This document shows, piece after piece, positions 20,668 to 29,356 of a stretch of DNA of 64,000 nt. The notes below the pieces were generated by a model that saw nothing but the letters and a program-made list of their open reading frames with translations, did not search any database and had not been told where the DNA came from. The position numbers were made by a program, and so were the translations under genes. Within the stretch, counting starts at the first letter, position 1, and every line of letters begins with the position of its first letter. This DNA is from Spirochaetota bacterium (GTDB lineage: Bacteria > Spirochaetota > UBA4802 > JAGODF01), in the NCBI GenBank assembly GCA_026419015.1, contig JAOAAF010000002.1, forward strand, positions 811 through 64,810, given 5' to 3'.

Positions 20668-22546
20668 GCGCCTTTTGCAGAAAGATGCGTTTCCTTCCCT
20701 TTTTACCATCCTTTTCGTGTTTTTTTCAATTATATTTGCATATGGCCTTTTGCTTGGCAAATGGGAAGAGCTTGTCACAGGTGCAGCGGGCGTTGGAGGA
20801 GGTTTACTATTTGCAATTTTGACAGTGATTTTGCGACGAAAACTTTCATGTGGCAAAAACGTGGTATTGCGCAACTCCTTGCTCTTTGTCATAATTCCGT
20901 TATTTTGTGCCGGCGTCGCAGCCGTGCGCGTAGTGAGCCTTTTTAAAAAGCCCGATGCGTTTGCGCATCGAGCCGAAAAAAAAGAACATACGAAAGCAGG
21001 TATCGTCCTTGAGGCGAAAATGATGCGATACGGCATTGAGGCGATAGTTGAGTTACAACGCTGTGTGCATTGTTATAATCCATTAATAATCGCGTACCTT
21101 CCGCAGACAACTGAAATATCATCTGGCGATGAGATTCATTTTGTGCGTCAGCCGCGATTTTTTGCCGTTGGGAGTGCACGTGGCAGTTTTGCGATTGGCT
21201 TGTTACGGAGGGGAATTAGCGGTACGGTGACGCTATCGCACGGGGAATTTGCAATTGAAAGAAACAATTCTTCAAAAGTAAGAAATATCGTTCGCAAAAA
21301 TATTTCAGACCGACTCGATCGAATTTTTTCGCTAAAAACAGCTTCGCTATTGAAAGGTCTTTATTTTGGCAATAAAAACCACGTCGACAAGCAAACAATA
21401 CAGAATTTCACCTGGGCTGGGGTTTTGCATATTTTAGCGGCAAGCGGTGCGCATCTTGCAACTGTTGTGTTTTTACCGTTTGTGATTTTTTCATTCTTTC
21501 GTATAAATCGATATCTTGCAGCAGGAGTAACAACCTTACTTGTGATGTTCTATCTTTGGATCACCGACATGCCTGTTTCGCTTGTGCGGGCAAGCGCCAT
21601 GTTTGCATTTGGTGCAGCACATGTCTTCATCCATCAGGAGCGTAAACCGCTCAACATTCTATCGCACGCAGCAAGCGGCATACTCGTGTTCGAGCCGTGG
21701 CAACTTTATCAGCTTGGATTTCAACTCACCTTTGGGGCAACTGCGGGAATACTGCTTTTTTACGAGAACTGCAAAAAGTCTTTTGCATTTTTGCCAAGGT
21801 TTTTGTCAATTCCAATTGCCCTTACCGTATCGGCACAATCGCTGGTATTTCCAATACTCGCATACCAGTTGGGTGAAGTAAACATCATTTCTGTGATTTC
21901 AAATCTTTTAATCGTCCCGCTTGTTCAAATCATCTTTAGCTTTTCTCTTATCATTGTTTTTCTGGATGTAATCGTCCCATGTTTTATTATTGCACATGCA
22001 GCGATGCTTGTCGATTGGATGTATTATTTTGTGCGAACTCTTGCAGAAATTTTTTCTTCGTTGCCGGGACATTTTTCCCCACAGCGCATTTCACCGGCGC
22101 TATTTTTTCCTTATTTTTTATTTCTTCTTCCATGCCTTCCAAAAAAAGTAATTCGATTTTCGTTTGCATGGGCGCTACCAGCCTCAATCGCGTGGGCGTG
22201 GCTTTTGCTATACGAGCCGTTGCCTTCCGATAATCGGATTGTCATTAGAACAGAAAGTAGCAATGTAACGATCATCGTACACAATTCGAACACAATAATT
22301 GAAGGCACTATTGGTGCGATGGAAGATGCGCGCGAAATTGTGCGGGTGGTGAAAAACCATCGATTAAAAAATATTAATTTGAAGGTAAGAAATTTCGATT
22401 ATCGCACAGCCTCGGCAGTATTATTTCTTATAAAAAACGTGGATATCGTGTCATTCGAAATGTGCAGTCGCTATAAAATGGGAAGATATCTTGAACGAAT
22501 ATTTGAAGTACTCGAGCACGATGGAGTACCAATTGTAATAAATTAA
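20651..22546 (+). CDS. comEC: ComEC/Rec2-family DNA internalisation channel protein (no C-terminal MBL domain evident)
   Basis: N-terminal TM plus OB-like (DUF4131-type) region, then the polytopic competence domain (GVLHILAASGAHLATV, MPVSLVRASAMF, GFQLTFGATAGILLF). Confidence 0.8.
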   Translation: MLEAFKRLLQKDAFPSLFTILFVFFSIIFAYGLLLGKWEELVTGAAGVGGGLLFAILTVILRRKLSCGKNVVLRNSLLFVIIPLFCAGVAAVRVVSLFKKPDAFAHRAEKKEHTKAGIVLEAKMMRYGIEAIVELQRCVHCYNPLIIAYLPQTTEISSGDEIHFVRQPRFFAVGSARGSFAIGLLRRGISGTVTLSHGEFAIERNNSSKVRNIVRKNISDRLDRIFSLKTASLLKGLYFGNKNHVDKQTIQNFTWAGVLHILAASGAHLATVVFLPFVIFSFFRINRYLAAGVTTLLVMFYLWITDMPVSLVRASAMFAFGAAHVFIHQERKPLNILSHAASGILVFEPWQLYQLGFQLTFGATAGILLFYENCKKSFAFLPRFLSIPIALTVSAQSLVFPILAYQLGEVNIISVISNLLIVPLVQIIFSFSLIIVFLDVIVPCFIIAHAAMLVDWMYYFVRTLAEIFSSLPGHFSPQRISPALFFPYFLFLLPCLPKKVIRFSFAWALPASIAWAWLLLYEPLPSDNRIVIRTESSNVTIIVHNSNTIIEGTIGAMEDAREIVRVVKNHRLKNINLKVRNFDYRTASAVLFLIKNVDIVSFEMCSRYKMGRYLERIFEVLEHDGVPIVIN

Positions 22547-22604
22547 GTAAAAAAAACCACATTCAGAATAGCAATGCGGGTTATTGATTTATGTGCAAAC
22601 TGGA

Positions 22605-23045
22605 TTATTCAACTGCTTGCAGCCGATTGTACCAATCGCTTCGCTTTTCCTGCCATTCAGGCGATTGAGTGGAAAATGTAAACGAGCTTTCTAGCTCGAT
22701 GAGCAAATCTCGAAGTTGAGAAATGCTACTCGCATTGCTTACGCTTTCAAGCCATCCATTGCGGCGTTCATGCCAATACGGTTTTTGTGCGCTGTATTGT
22801 ATGTTCGTTTCAAATTCGATGAGAAGCTTTCGAAGAACGCTTACATCGTTTTGCGCGTTTTTCACATCCTGAACCCAAGCAGCTTTTCTTTGAGGCCATG
22901 TGTCAGTTTGCGATTGTGGAAGCACGCTCGCTTCAACTTCAATGAGAAGTTCGCCGAAGGTGCTTTTCTTTTTACATGAAAAGATTGGTATAAATACAGT
23001 AAAACAAATTATGACGATTGCACTATTGCTCATTATACGCTTCAT
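22605..23045 (-). CDS. small lipoprotein built of three tandem ~38-aa helical repeats
   Basis: Lipobox IPIFSC. Three repeats share the pattern LLIE.E....(S/A)Q...W..(R/K)(R/K)..W. Confidence 0.55.
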   Translation of the reverse strand: MKRIMSNSAIVIICFTVFIPIFSCKKKSTFGELLIEVEASVLPQSQTDTWPQRKAAWVQDVKNAQNDVSVLRKLLIEFETNIQYSAQKPYWHERRNGWLESVSNASSISQLRDLLIELESSFTFSTQSPEWQEKRSDWYNRLQAVE

Positions 23046-23442
23046 TTTTTACCTCCTAAAGTATTACAAGTATTTTTCAGCAACATGCTATTTTGCTGTC
23101 AACAAAAAAGAGTAGTAGATTGAAGTTTAATTTTATGTAATATATTTTGATATAGAAATGGAAGAAATGGTCAAGAAAAAAATATCATTCACATAAAAAT
23201 TTTTGCAATGTAAAGAAATTTTATTTTATTAAAGAAAAAAGAAATAATTAGTAGTAAAAATTAAATTAAAACGCAAATTTTTTTAGATATTAATAAACAT
23301 TATTCTAACAAATTTATTATAGTTTTTTTACAAAGCGTAATGATTATAAATTTGAACGTGCAGGTAGAATTGACATCTTAAAATGCACAAAAAATTTAAA
23401 ATATTAAATATTTAAATTTAATAAATAAGGAGGGTCAAATTT

Positions 23443-24015
23443 ATGAAAAAGCTGTTTCTTTCTGTAGTAGGGGTGGTGTTGTGCCTTGCATTACCAGCAT
23501 TTTCAGCACCGACAAGCCAGGGGAATTTTGTGGTAACAATGCCATTGTTTTCTTGGGCCTCAGGGGGAGGCGACTTATATGAAGTTAATGGCGACAAACT
23601 AACTACAATGTGGTTGGGCCTTGGTAATTACCAGAGCGGCGTTGAGTGGTTTGCGATCGATAACCTTGCAATCGGTGGCGTATTAGGATATTTTAGCACA
23701 AAGTTGGGAGACATTACGGAATCTTCCACCGAAATTGGGCCAATGGTTTCCTACTACTACGCGATGGGGCAACTGATTCCCTATGTGGCAGTTGGATATC
23801 TTTATGAAATCATAAAAGAGGATGATGGCCAAACTACAACAGAAACCACCGAATCTTCTCTCTTTTTCAAAATAGGTGCTGCACACATGTTGGGAAATAA
23901 TCTTTCAATCTATGGTGAGTTTGCCTATAGCATGGATAAAAGTAAGCCAGAAGATGGTGAATCAGTTGATGGGAATGTGATGGCAATCAACATAGGAATA
24001 AAGGCATTCTTTTAA
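23443..24015 (+). CDS. small outer-membrane beta-barrel protein (OmpW/porin-like, hypothetical)
   Basis: AAGGAGGG RBS, signal peptide ALPAFSA, alternating beta-strand pattern, C-terminal ...NIGIKAFF with terminal Phe typical of OMPs. Confidence 0.6.
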   Translation: MKKLFLSVVGVVLCLALPAFSAPTSQGNFVVTMPLFSWASGGGDLYEVNGDKLTTMWLGLGNYQSGVEWFAIDNLAIGGVLGYFSTKLGDITESSTEIGPMVSYYYAMGQLIPYVAVGYLYEIIKEDDGQTTTETTESSLFFKIGAAHMLGNNLSIYGEFAYSMDKSKPEDGESVDGNVMAINIGIKAFF

Positions 24016-24101
24016 TTGATAAAGAAGAATTTTTCGGCAACATCTGTTGTAAAACAGAAAAGCGCATTGTGAAAGGCGAACAAATACAACGGAAGGGGAA
24101 A

Positions 24102-24133
24102 AGCGGGCAATGCATAAGTGCCCGCTTTTTTTT
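24102..24133. terminator. bidirectional rho-independent terminator between convergent genes
   Basis: AGCGGGCA-atgcataag-TGCCCGCT followed by T8 on the plus strand and preceded by an A run. It sits between the OMP gene (+) and fhs (-). Confidence 0.7.
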
Positions 24134-24237
24134 AACTGGAAGTGCGATGTGTATTGGATAAAAAATTTTTTTCTTTGTATATCAAAAAAAAGAATAATGC
24201 CGTTAAGGCGAAAATTACCATCGGCACTGTTTGGTGC

Positions 24238-25857
24238 TCAAAACAGTCCCGTAATGTTCCCTGCTTCATCGATGTCGATCATCAAGGCAGAAGGCTTTTT
24301 AGGAAGTCCAGGCATGGTCATTATTTTCCCTGTATATGCAACAATAAATCCTGCTCCCGCAGATACCTTGAGTGAGCTTATGGTGATTCGAAAGTTTCGC
24401 GGTTTTCCTGCAAGTTCTGGATTATCAGAAAGCGATGATTGCGTTTTTGCCATGCAAATGGGAAGATTGCTAAAACCAAGCATTTCTATTTGACGCAGTT
24501 GCTTTTCGGCTTCGGCGGTATAATTTACTCCATCTGCACCATATATTTCAGTTGCAATAGTTTCGATTTTTTGGCTAATTGACCAATCGAGGGGATAAAG
24601 CGGTGTAAACTGTATTTTCGCATCGCACAGCCGAACGATTTCTTCGGCAAGCGCTATGCCGCCTTCTCCCCCTGATTCGCGAAAATCGGTGATGAATGAG
24701 ACTAAACCATGCAATTCGCATTGACGAAGTATTTTTTTTAATTCTTCTTCGCTATCTCCCCTGAAACGGTTTATTGAAATGACGAGTGGCACTTTGAAGC
24801 GCGCGACGTTTTCTGCATGCTTTACGATATTTTCAATGCCGTGTCGGGCAAATGCGCGCGCAGTTACAACTAACACTGCAGCGGAGGGAGTGAGGTTCCC
24901 ATAGCGGCATTTGATATTGAAAAATTTTTCCGCTCCCAAATCTGCCCCAAATCCCGCTTCGGTTACCACATAATCGGCAAGTTTGAGAGCCATTTTGGTG
25001 GCAATTATGCTATTGCATCCATGTGCGATATTTGCAAAAGGGCCACCGTGGACAAACGCGGGGACCCCTTCTACCGATTGAACTAAATTGGGCAGCAATG
25101 CATGCTTAAGCAGCGCTGCCATTGCGCCTTCAGCCCCTATTTCCCTTACCATAACTGGCCTTCGAAGTGGGGTGTAGCCGGCAATGATGTTGCCTAAGCG
25201 TTGCTTTAGTTCTGAAAATGAGTTCGAAAGGCAAAGGATTGCCATGATTTCAGATGCTGCGGTAATATCGAAACCATCTTCGCGCATTACGCCGTTTGCT
25301 CCTTTCCCTTCAAGTCCAACGATAATGCTTCGAAGGGTGCGGTCATTCATATCGATGACCCGTCGCCATACGATATCTCTTGGATTGAGTTCCGGTTCAT
25401 TTTTTTGGTGGATGTGATTGTCGATTATTGCAGCGAGAAGGTTATGAGCGATCGATACCGCATGGATATCGCCAGTGAAATGTAAATTTATTTCTTCCAT
25501 CGGGAGGACTTGCGAATATCCGCCACCTGCTGCTCCCCCTTTTACTCCCATACATGGACCTAACGACGGTTCGCGAATTGCAATCATTGCGCGTTTGCCA
25601 ATTTTTGCCAATGCTTGCGCAAGCCCTATGGTGGTAGTCGTTTTCCCTTCACCCATGGGTGTGGGCGTCATCGCAGTGACTAAAATGAGTTTCCCATTTT
25701 GTGCTTCCTTTAATCGCTCAAATAAATTGAGCGAAACTTTCGCAATGTAGTGACCGTATGGCAGAATGTCTTCTTTTGTAAGGCCTATCTTCTCTGCAAT
25801 TTCGCTGATTGGCGCAAGTTGAGTTTCACGCGCAATTTCAAGGTCAGATTTTATCAC
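24238..25857 (-). CDS. fhs: formate--tetrahydrofolate ligase
   Basis: AMTPTPMGEGKTTTTIGL P-loop, GPCMGVKGGAAGGGYSQV, FVHGGPFANIAHG. GTG start with an AAGGAAA RBS. Confidence 0.95.
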   Translation of the reverse strand: MIKSDLEIARETQLAPISEIAEKIGLTKEDILPYGHYIAKVSLNLFERLKEAQNGKLILVTAMTPTPMGEGKTTTTIGLAQALAKIGKRAMIAIREPSLGPCMGVKGGAAGGGYSQVLPMEEINLHFTGDIHAVSIAHNLLAAIIDNHIHQKNEPELNPRDIVWRRVIDMNDRTLRSIIVGLEGKGANGVMREDGFDITAASEIMAILCLSNSFSELKQRLGNIIAGYTPLRRPVMVREIGAEGAMAALLKHALLPNLVQSVEGVPAFVHGGPFANIAHGCNSIIATKMALKLADYVVTEAGFGADLGAEKFFNIKCRYGNLTPSAAVLVVTARAFARHGIENIVKHAENVARFKVPLVISINRFRGDSEEELKKILRQCELHGLVSFITDFRESGGEGGIALAEEIVRLCDAKIQFTPLYPLDWSISQKIETIATEIYGADGVNYTAEAEKQLRQIEMLGFSNLPICMAKTQSSLSDNPELAGKPRNFRITISSLKVSAGAGFIVAYTGKIMTMPGLPKKPSALMIDIDEAGNITGLF

Positions 25858-25896
25858 AGGTCATTTCCTTTTGCGTACATAAATATGATTCGGTTT

Positions 25897-27060
25897 TTAC
25901 GAAATTAACGGTGGACCAAAAAATCCAATTATTCCACACAAATTATCTCTCGAAATGATATGTTGGTTGTAACAGTCAAGAATTGTTTTTATGCCAATCG
26001 AAATTCCGAGTCCTGGTTTTTCTTGCGAAGTTGTATGCGTATCTGTTATCGTGGTGGAATCTTCGATCGAAACCCTTTCTTTTTCCATAATTTCGGCAAC
26101 TTTTGCCTCGCGCTTTCCGGGGAGAAAGAAATCTGCATCGATTTCGCCAGTGAGGCATTTTCGGTCATCGTTAATAATCAAGGGACACCCGAACGCATGA
26201 GCAAGGCCAAATTTTTCTTTTAGATGTTCGATGAAAATATCAAACCCATTGGTTGCAAGGACAATGCGGTACCCCATGGTTTTCAACGTTTGGAAAAGCT
26301 CAATTGTGGATGATGCAACAGAAGTGCTTTTTACGATTGTGGAGATTACATCTTCAGGAATTCCTTCTAAAAGTCTCGCAGAGGTTTTCATGCATTCGGA
26401 AAAGTTAGAAGGAGGATATAATTGCATGAGCTCTTCGCGCTTGATTCCAGTAAGCGTGATAAGGTCATTTAGATCATTGGTATTCATTAAACTATAGGAA
26501 TAATCAAATACGATGATTCTCTTTTTTTTGTTAAACACATCTGTAAACTGGAACATGGTGGAGATGTTCATCGCGTTCATCGTTTTAGTAATCGCATGCT
26601 TTAAATTTTCCACTGGAATAGTAGAACGGCTTATGTCGACTAAAAGTTCCATCAGAAAAACACCCTCACGCGCAATCATCTGAGAAAATTCGATATTAAT
26701 TGAATAGCGCTTTAAGACATTTGTCACCGTTGCAATGATTCCAATCGCATCATAACCGAGCAAAATGAGCAGTATGTTGTTTTTTGTTGGATCTCGTGGT
26801 ATTGGTCGATAGGGATCAAGAAAAAGAGTAAGGCCCGTTTCATCGGCGATGGTGTCTATTATTTTTCGAAACTCTTCAAGGGATATGCTCGATTGTGAAA
26901 GATCTACAACAAGGTTGATGATAAAAAGTCCGTGCATCACATCCTGCCGCAGATCAACGATATTCCCTTTGATGGCAGCAATAGGGGAAGTAATTTTTTC
27001 AACAAGCCCGATTGAATCGTTTCCCATCCCGTGAATAAGATATAATTTTGGGTATGACAT
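25897..27060 (-). CDS. ACT-domain protein fused to a SerB-like HAD domain with degenerate catalytic motifs
   Basis: Start set at MSYPKLY (ATG 27058-27060) with an AGGAGG RBS; the longer ORF to 27192 would overlap the upstream gene. Two ACT-like halves, then HAD-like FDYSYSL (in place of DxDxT), VLATNGF, and TDTHTT (in place of GDGAND). Confidence 0.65.
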   Translation of the reverse strand: MSYPKLYLIHGMGNDSIGLVEKITSPIAAIKGNIVDLRQDVMHGLFIINLVVDLSQSSISLEEFRKIIDTIADETGLTLFLDPYRPIPRDPTKNNILLILLGYDAIGIIATVTNVLKRYSINIEFSQMIAREGVFLMELLVDISRSTIPVENLKHAITKTMNAMNISTMFQFTDVFNKKKRIIVFDYSYSLMNTNDLNDLITLTGIKREELMQLYPPSNFSECMKTSARLLEGIPEDVISTIVKSTSVASSTIELFQTLKTMGYRIVLATNGFDIFIEHLKEKFGLAHAFGCPLIINDDRKCLTGEIDADFFLPGKREAKVAEIMEKERVSIEDSTTITDTHTTSQEKPGLGISIGIKTILDCYNQHIISRDNLCGIIGFFGPPLIS

Positions 27061-27070
27061 TGTACCTCCT

Positions 27071-27601
27071 TTATTGTGCGGTGTGTTTTTTTTGAAGAAG
27101 CAATTCAAGATATGATTTTCGTTCAAATTGTGAAATCCCGAGCGATTCGGCAAAGGCAAACAGTTCATTTTCAATTGCTTCTCGCTTTTCACCTACTTTT
27201 TCAAATTCTACAAAGTTTCCAAGGTTTGCGACGCGATCAATGCAAATTGTGATAGATTTTGCAGTGTAAATTGTTCGCTCTTTTTCTATGCAAAGAACTT
27301 CAGAAAATCCCAGTTTTTGCAAAAGAATATGCATTGATGATGGGTTGTCGATCGCTATTTCTATTTCAAACCTGCTTTTGCTTTTTGTCCCGATTTTTGG
27401 CCCTTTATATGTAAGGGATGCAAAATTCGCACATGTGCGAATTCGCAACGCTTCATCGGTTTTCGAGAAATCCCTGCATGGATGCGCGTAGTATGTATCG
27501 CGTTCCGTTCTGCGTTCGCGTTCCACGGCCCCAATCGCGATGAGCTTTTGATGAAGTTCCTCAAGATTTTCAATGGGAGATTTTATTTCGATTTCGAGCA
27601 T
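27071..27601 (-). CDS. CYTH-domain protein (class IV adenylate cyclase / triphosphate tunnel metalloenzyme family)
   Basis: N-terminal MLEIEIK (ExExK) signature, about 175 aa, alternating charged beta-strand pattern (ALRIR, FEIEI, VEFE). Confidence 0.7.
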   Translation of the reverse strand: MLEIEIKSPIENLEELHQKLIAIGAVERERRTERDTYYAHPCRDFSKTDEALRIRTCANFASLTYKGPKIGTKSKSRFEIEIAIDNPSSMHILLQKLGFSEVLCIEKERTIYTAKSITICIDRVANLGNFVEFEKVGEKREAIENELFAFAESLGISQFERKSYLELLLQKKHTAQ

Positions 27602-28383
27602 TATTTCCTCCGATGCAACGGACCACCAATTGAAAGGCCATCGCTTCCAAACGTTTGCTTATGCTTCCCGTTTATTTTAATGATCACGCTGTTTATGCCT
27701 TCTATTTCCGTGGCGGTGTACACGATTTGATCGAGCCTATTTAAAAGAATATTTCCGGCTGCATTTTTTTCAATCGCATCGTTAAAATCGATTTCTGCTA
27801 TATTGCCTTTCACGGAAACACCGCGAAGCTTAACGTGAGGTGGAATAGCAGTTAACATGCCTTTCTCTTTTTCGATTTTATTAGGTCCTTTTACAAGCTC
27901 AGCGATTGCCTTTTCGAGTGACGCTTCGCCTTTGATGTTTCGCAATGTAGGCACAAGCGATATTTGCTCTGACTTCTCATCAAAACGTAAAAAGTATATT
28001 TTAATTTTACTTTCGGGGACTGATAAATTTTCTTTTTTTTGTGCATCCGTCATTTTTTCTTTTTTGGGTTGTTGACCTTGGTCGATGTCGGAATGCGATA
28101 CTTTTACGAAAGTAGATTCCTTTTGATTTAGAAGAGCATTTTTCTTCGTTTCCTTTTGTCTTTGCCATTTGTCAGTAAAATGGCGGGTTAAAATTATCGC
28201 AAAAGCAGTAAGCATTGCCAAAATTATTAACAGATATACCGCAGAGCGCTTTGGTGAATGTGTTTCTGGAGGATGTTGAGAAACGTGGGGTGTTGGTTTT
28301 TTGCGCGAAATTGCCGTCCTCTTTTTGGATACACGCGTGTTAGTTTTTTTCCCCGATCTGTTATTTTTCTTTTTCTTTGCCAT
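27601..28383 (-). CDS. GerMN-domain protein with basic N-terminus and TM anchor
   Basis: Lys/Arg-rich N-terminus, one TM, and a C-terminal GerMN-like segment (AIAELVKGP...GMLTAIPPHVKLRGVSVKGNIAEIDFN...LDQIVYTATEIEGINSVIIKING). Its stop overlaps the CYTH start (TAATG). Confidence 0.6.
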   Translation of the reverse strand: MAKKKKNNRSGKKTNTRVSKKRTAISRKKPTPHVSQHPPETHSPKRSAVYLLIILAMLTAFAIILTRHFTDKWQRQKETKKNALLNQKESTFVKVSHSDIDQGQQPKKEKMTDAQKKENLSVPESKIKIYFLRFDEKSEQISLVPTLRNIKGEASLEKAIAELVKGPNKIEKEKGMLTAIPPHVKLRGVSVKGNIAEIDFNDAIEKNAAGNILLNRLDQIVYTATEIEGINSVIIKINGKHKQTFGSDGLSIGGPLHRRK

Positions 28384-28504
28384 ACATCCGTTTTAAAAAA
28401 AGGTTGAAATTCACTGCGATGTGATCGCAATAGAGAAAAATGGTATATTGTGTGATTGTTAAACGTTAGATAAACCCGTTAATTGGTCAATTCATTTTTA
28501 GATT

Positions 28505-29356
28505 GTGACCTTGATGAAAACAATAAGTTCGCATACGAAAGTGTATTGCATTTTTGGAAATCCTGTGGAACATTCTCTTTCCCCGTTGATGCACAACGCG
28601 GCATTTGAGGCCACCGGGGTTGATGCGGTATATGTGGCGTTTCGACCCTCCTCAATTAAAGATGCAATTGCTGCGATGCGTACTCTTCCCATTTATGGGG
28701 CAAGCATTACAATTCCATATAAAACCTCGGTGATTGAATTTTTAGATGAAATAGATCCCCTTGCGCGAGACATCGGTGCGGTAAACACTCTCTGCTACAA
28801 AGAAGATCGCATTTGTGGCCATAATACCGATGGATACGGTGCGATTGCCGCACTGACAAATGCGCAGATTGATCTTCGTAGCAAACGCGTATTAATTTTA
28901 GGAAATGGCGGTTCTGCGCGCGCAATTGCATTTACCCTTTTGGAGAAAAACTGTACCATTACTATTGCGGGAAGAAATCCCGAGAAATTTATGATGCTTG
29001 TCGAAGACCTTCGAAAAAAGAACAACACGGTGGAAGGAATTGCTATAGCTGCATTAGACATTCATACTACCGAACTATTTGATATTATTATCAACACTAC
29101 TTCCGTCGGAATGGTGCCATATCCCGAAGAAATTCCCATTCCTCCTCAACTTATTTTCCCACACCACACCGTTTTCGATATTGTATATCGGCCTCATTGG
29201 ACAGCGCTATTGCGGGCCGCCGCAAAACAAGGTGCGCGAGTTGTATTTGGCATCGATATGCTGATTTTTCAAGGGGCACGTCAATTTGAATTATGGACCG
29301 GGATTCCTGCTCCTGTTGAAGCGATGAGAAATGTTGTATCGATGGGGCATGTATGA
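28505..29356 (+). CDS. aroE: shikimate dehydrogenase
   Basis: FGNPVEHSLSPLMHNAAF, ASITIPYK, NTLCY..., NTDGYG, ILGNGGSARAI. The start is either GTG 28505 or ATG 28514. Confidence 0.9.
   Translation: MTLMKTISSHTKVYCIFGNPVEHSLSPLMHNAAFEATGVDAVYVAFRPSSIKDAIAAMRTLPIYGASITIPYKTSVIEFLDEIDPLARDIGAVNTLCYKEDRICGHNTDGYGAIAALTNAQIDLRSKRVLILGNGGSARAIAFTLLEKNCTITIAGRNPEKFMMLVEDLRKKNNTVEGIAIAALDIHTTELFDIIINTTSVGMVPYPEEIPIPPQLIFPHHTVFDIVYRPHWTALLRAAAKQGARVVFGIDMLIFQGARQFELWTGIPAPVEAMRNVVSMGHV

Noticed and set aside
20536-21036. 166-aa antisense ORF across the OMP/ComEC junction
   Set aside because: It has no domain signal or RBS and overlaps two well-supported sense genes.
27061-27192. Longer N-terminus (431 aa) for the ACT/HAD-like ORF
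   Set aside because: It would overlap the CYTH gene 3' end by about 120 nt. The internal ATG at 27058-27060 is preceded by a perfect AGGAGG and lies 10 nt after the upstream stop.
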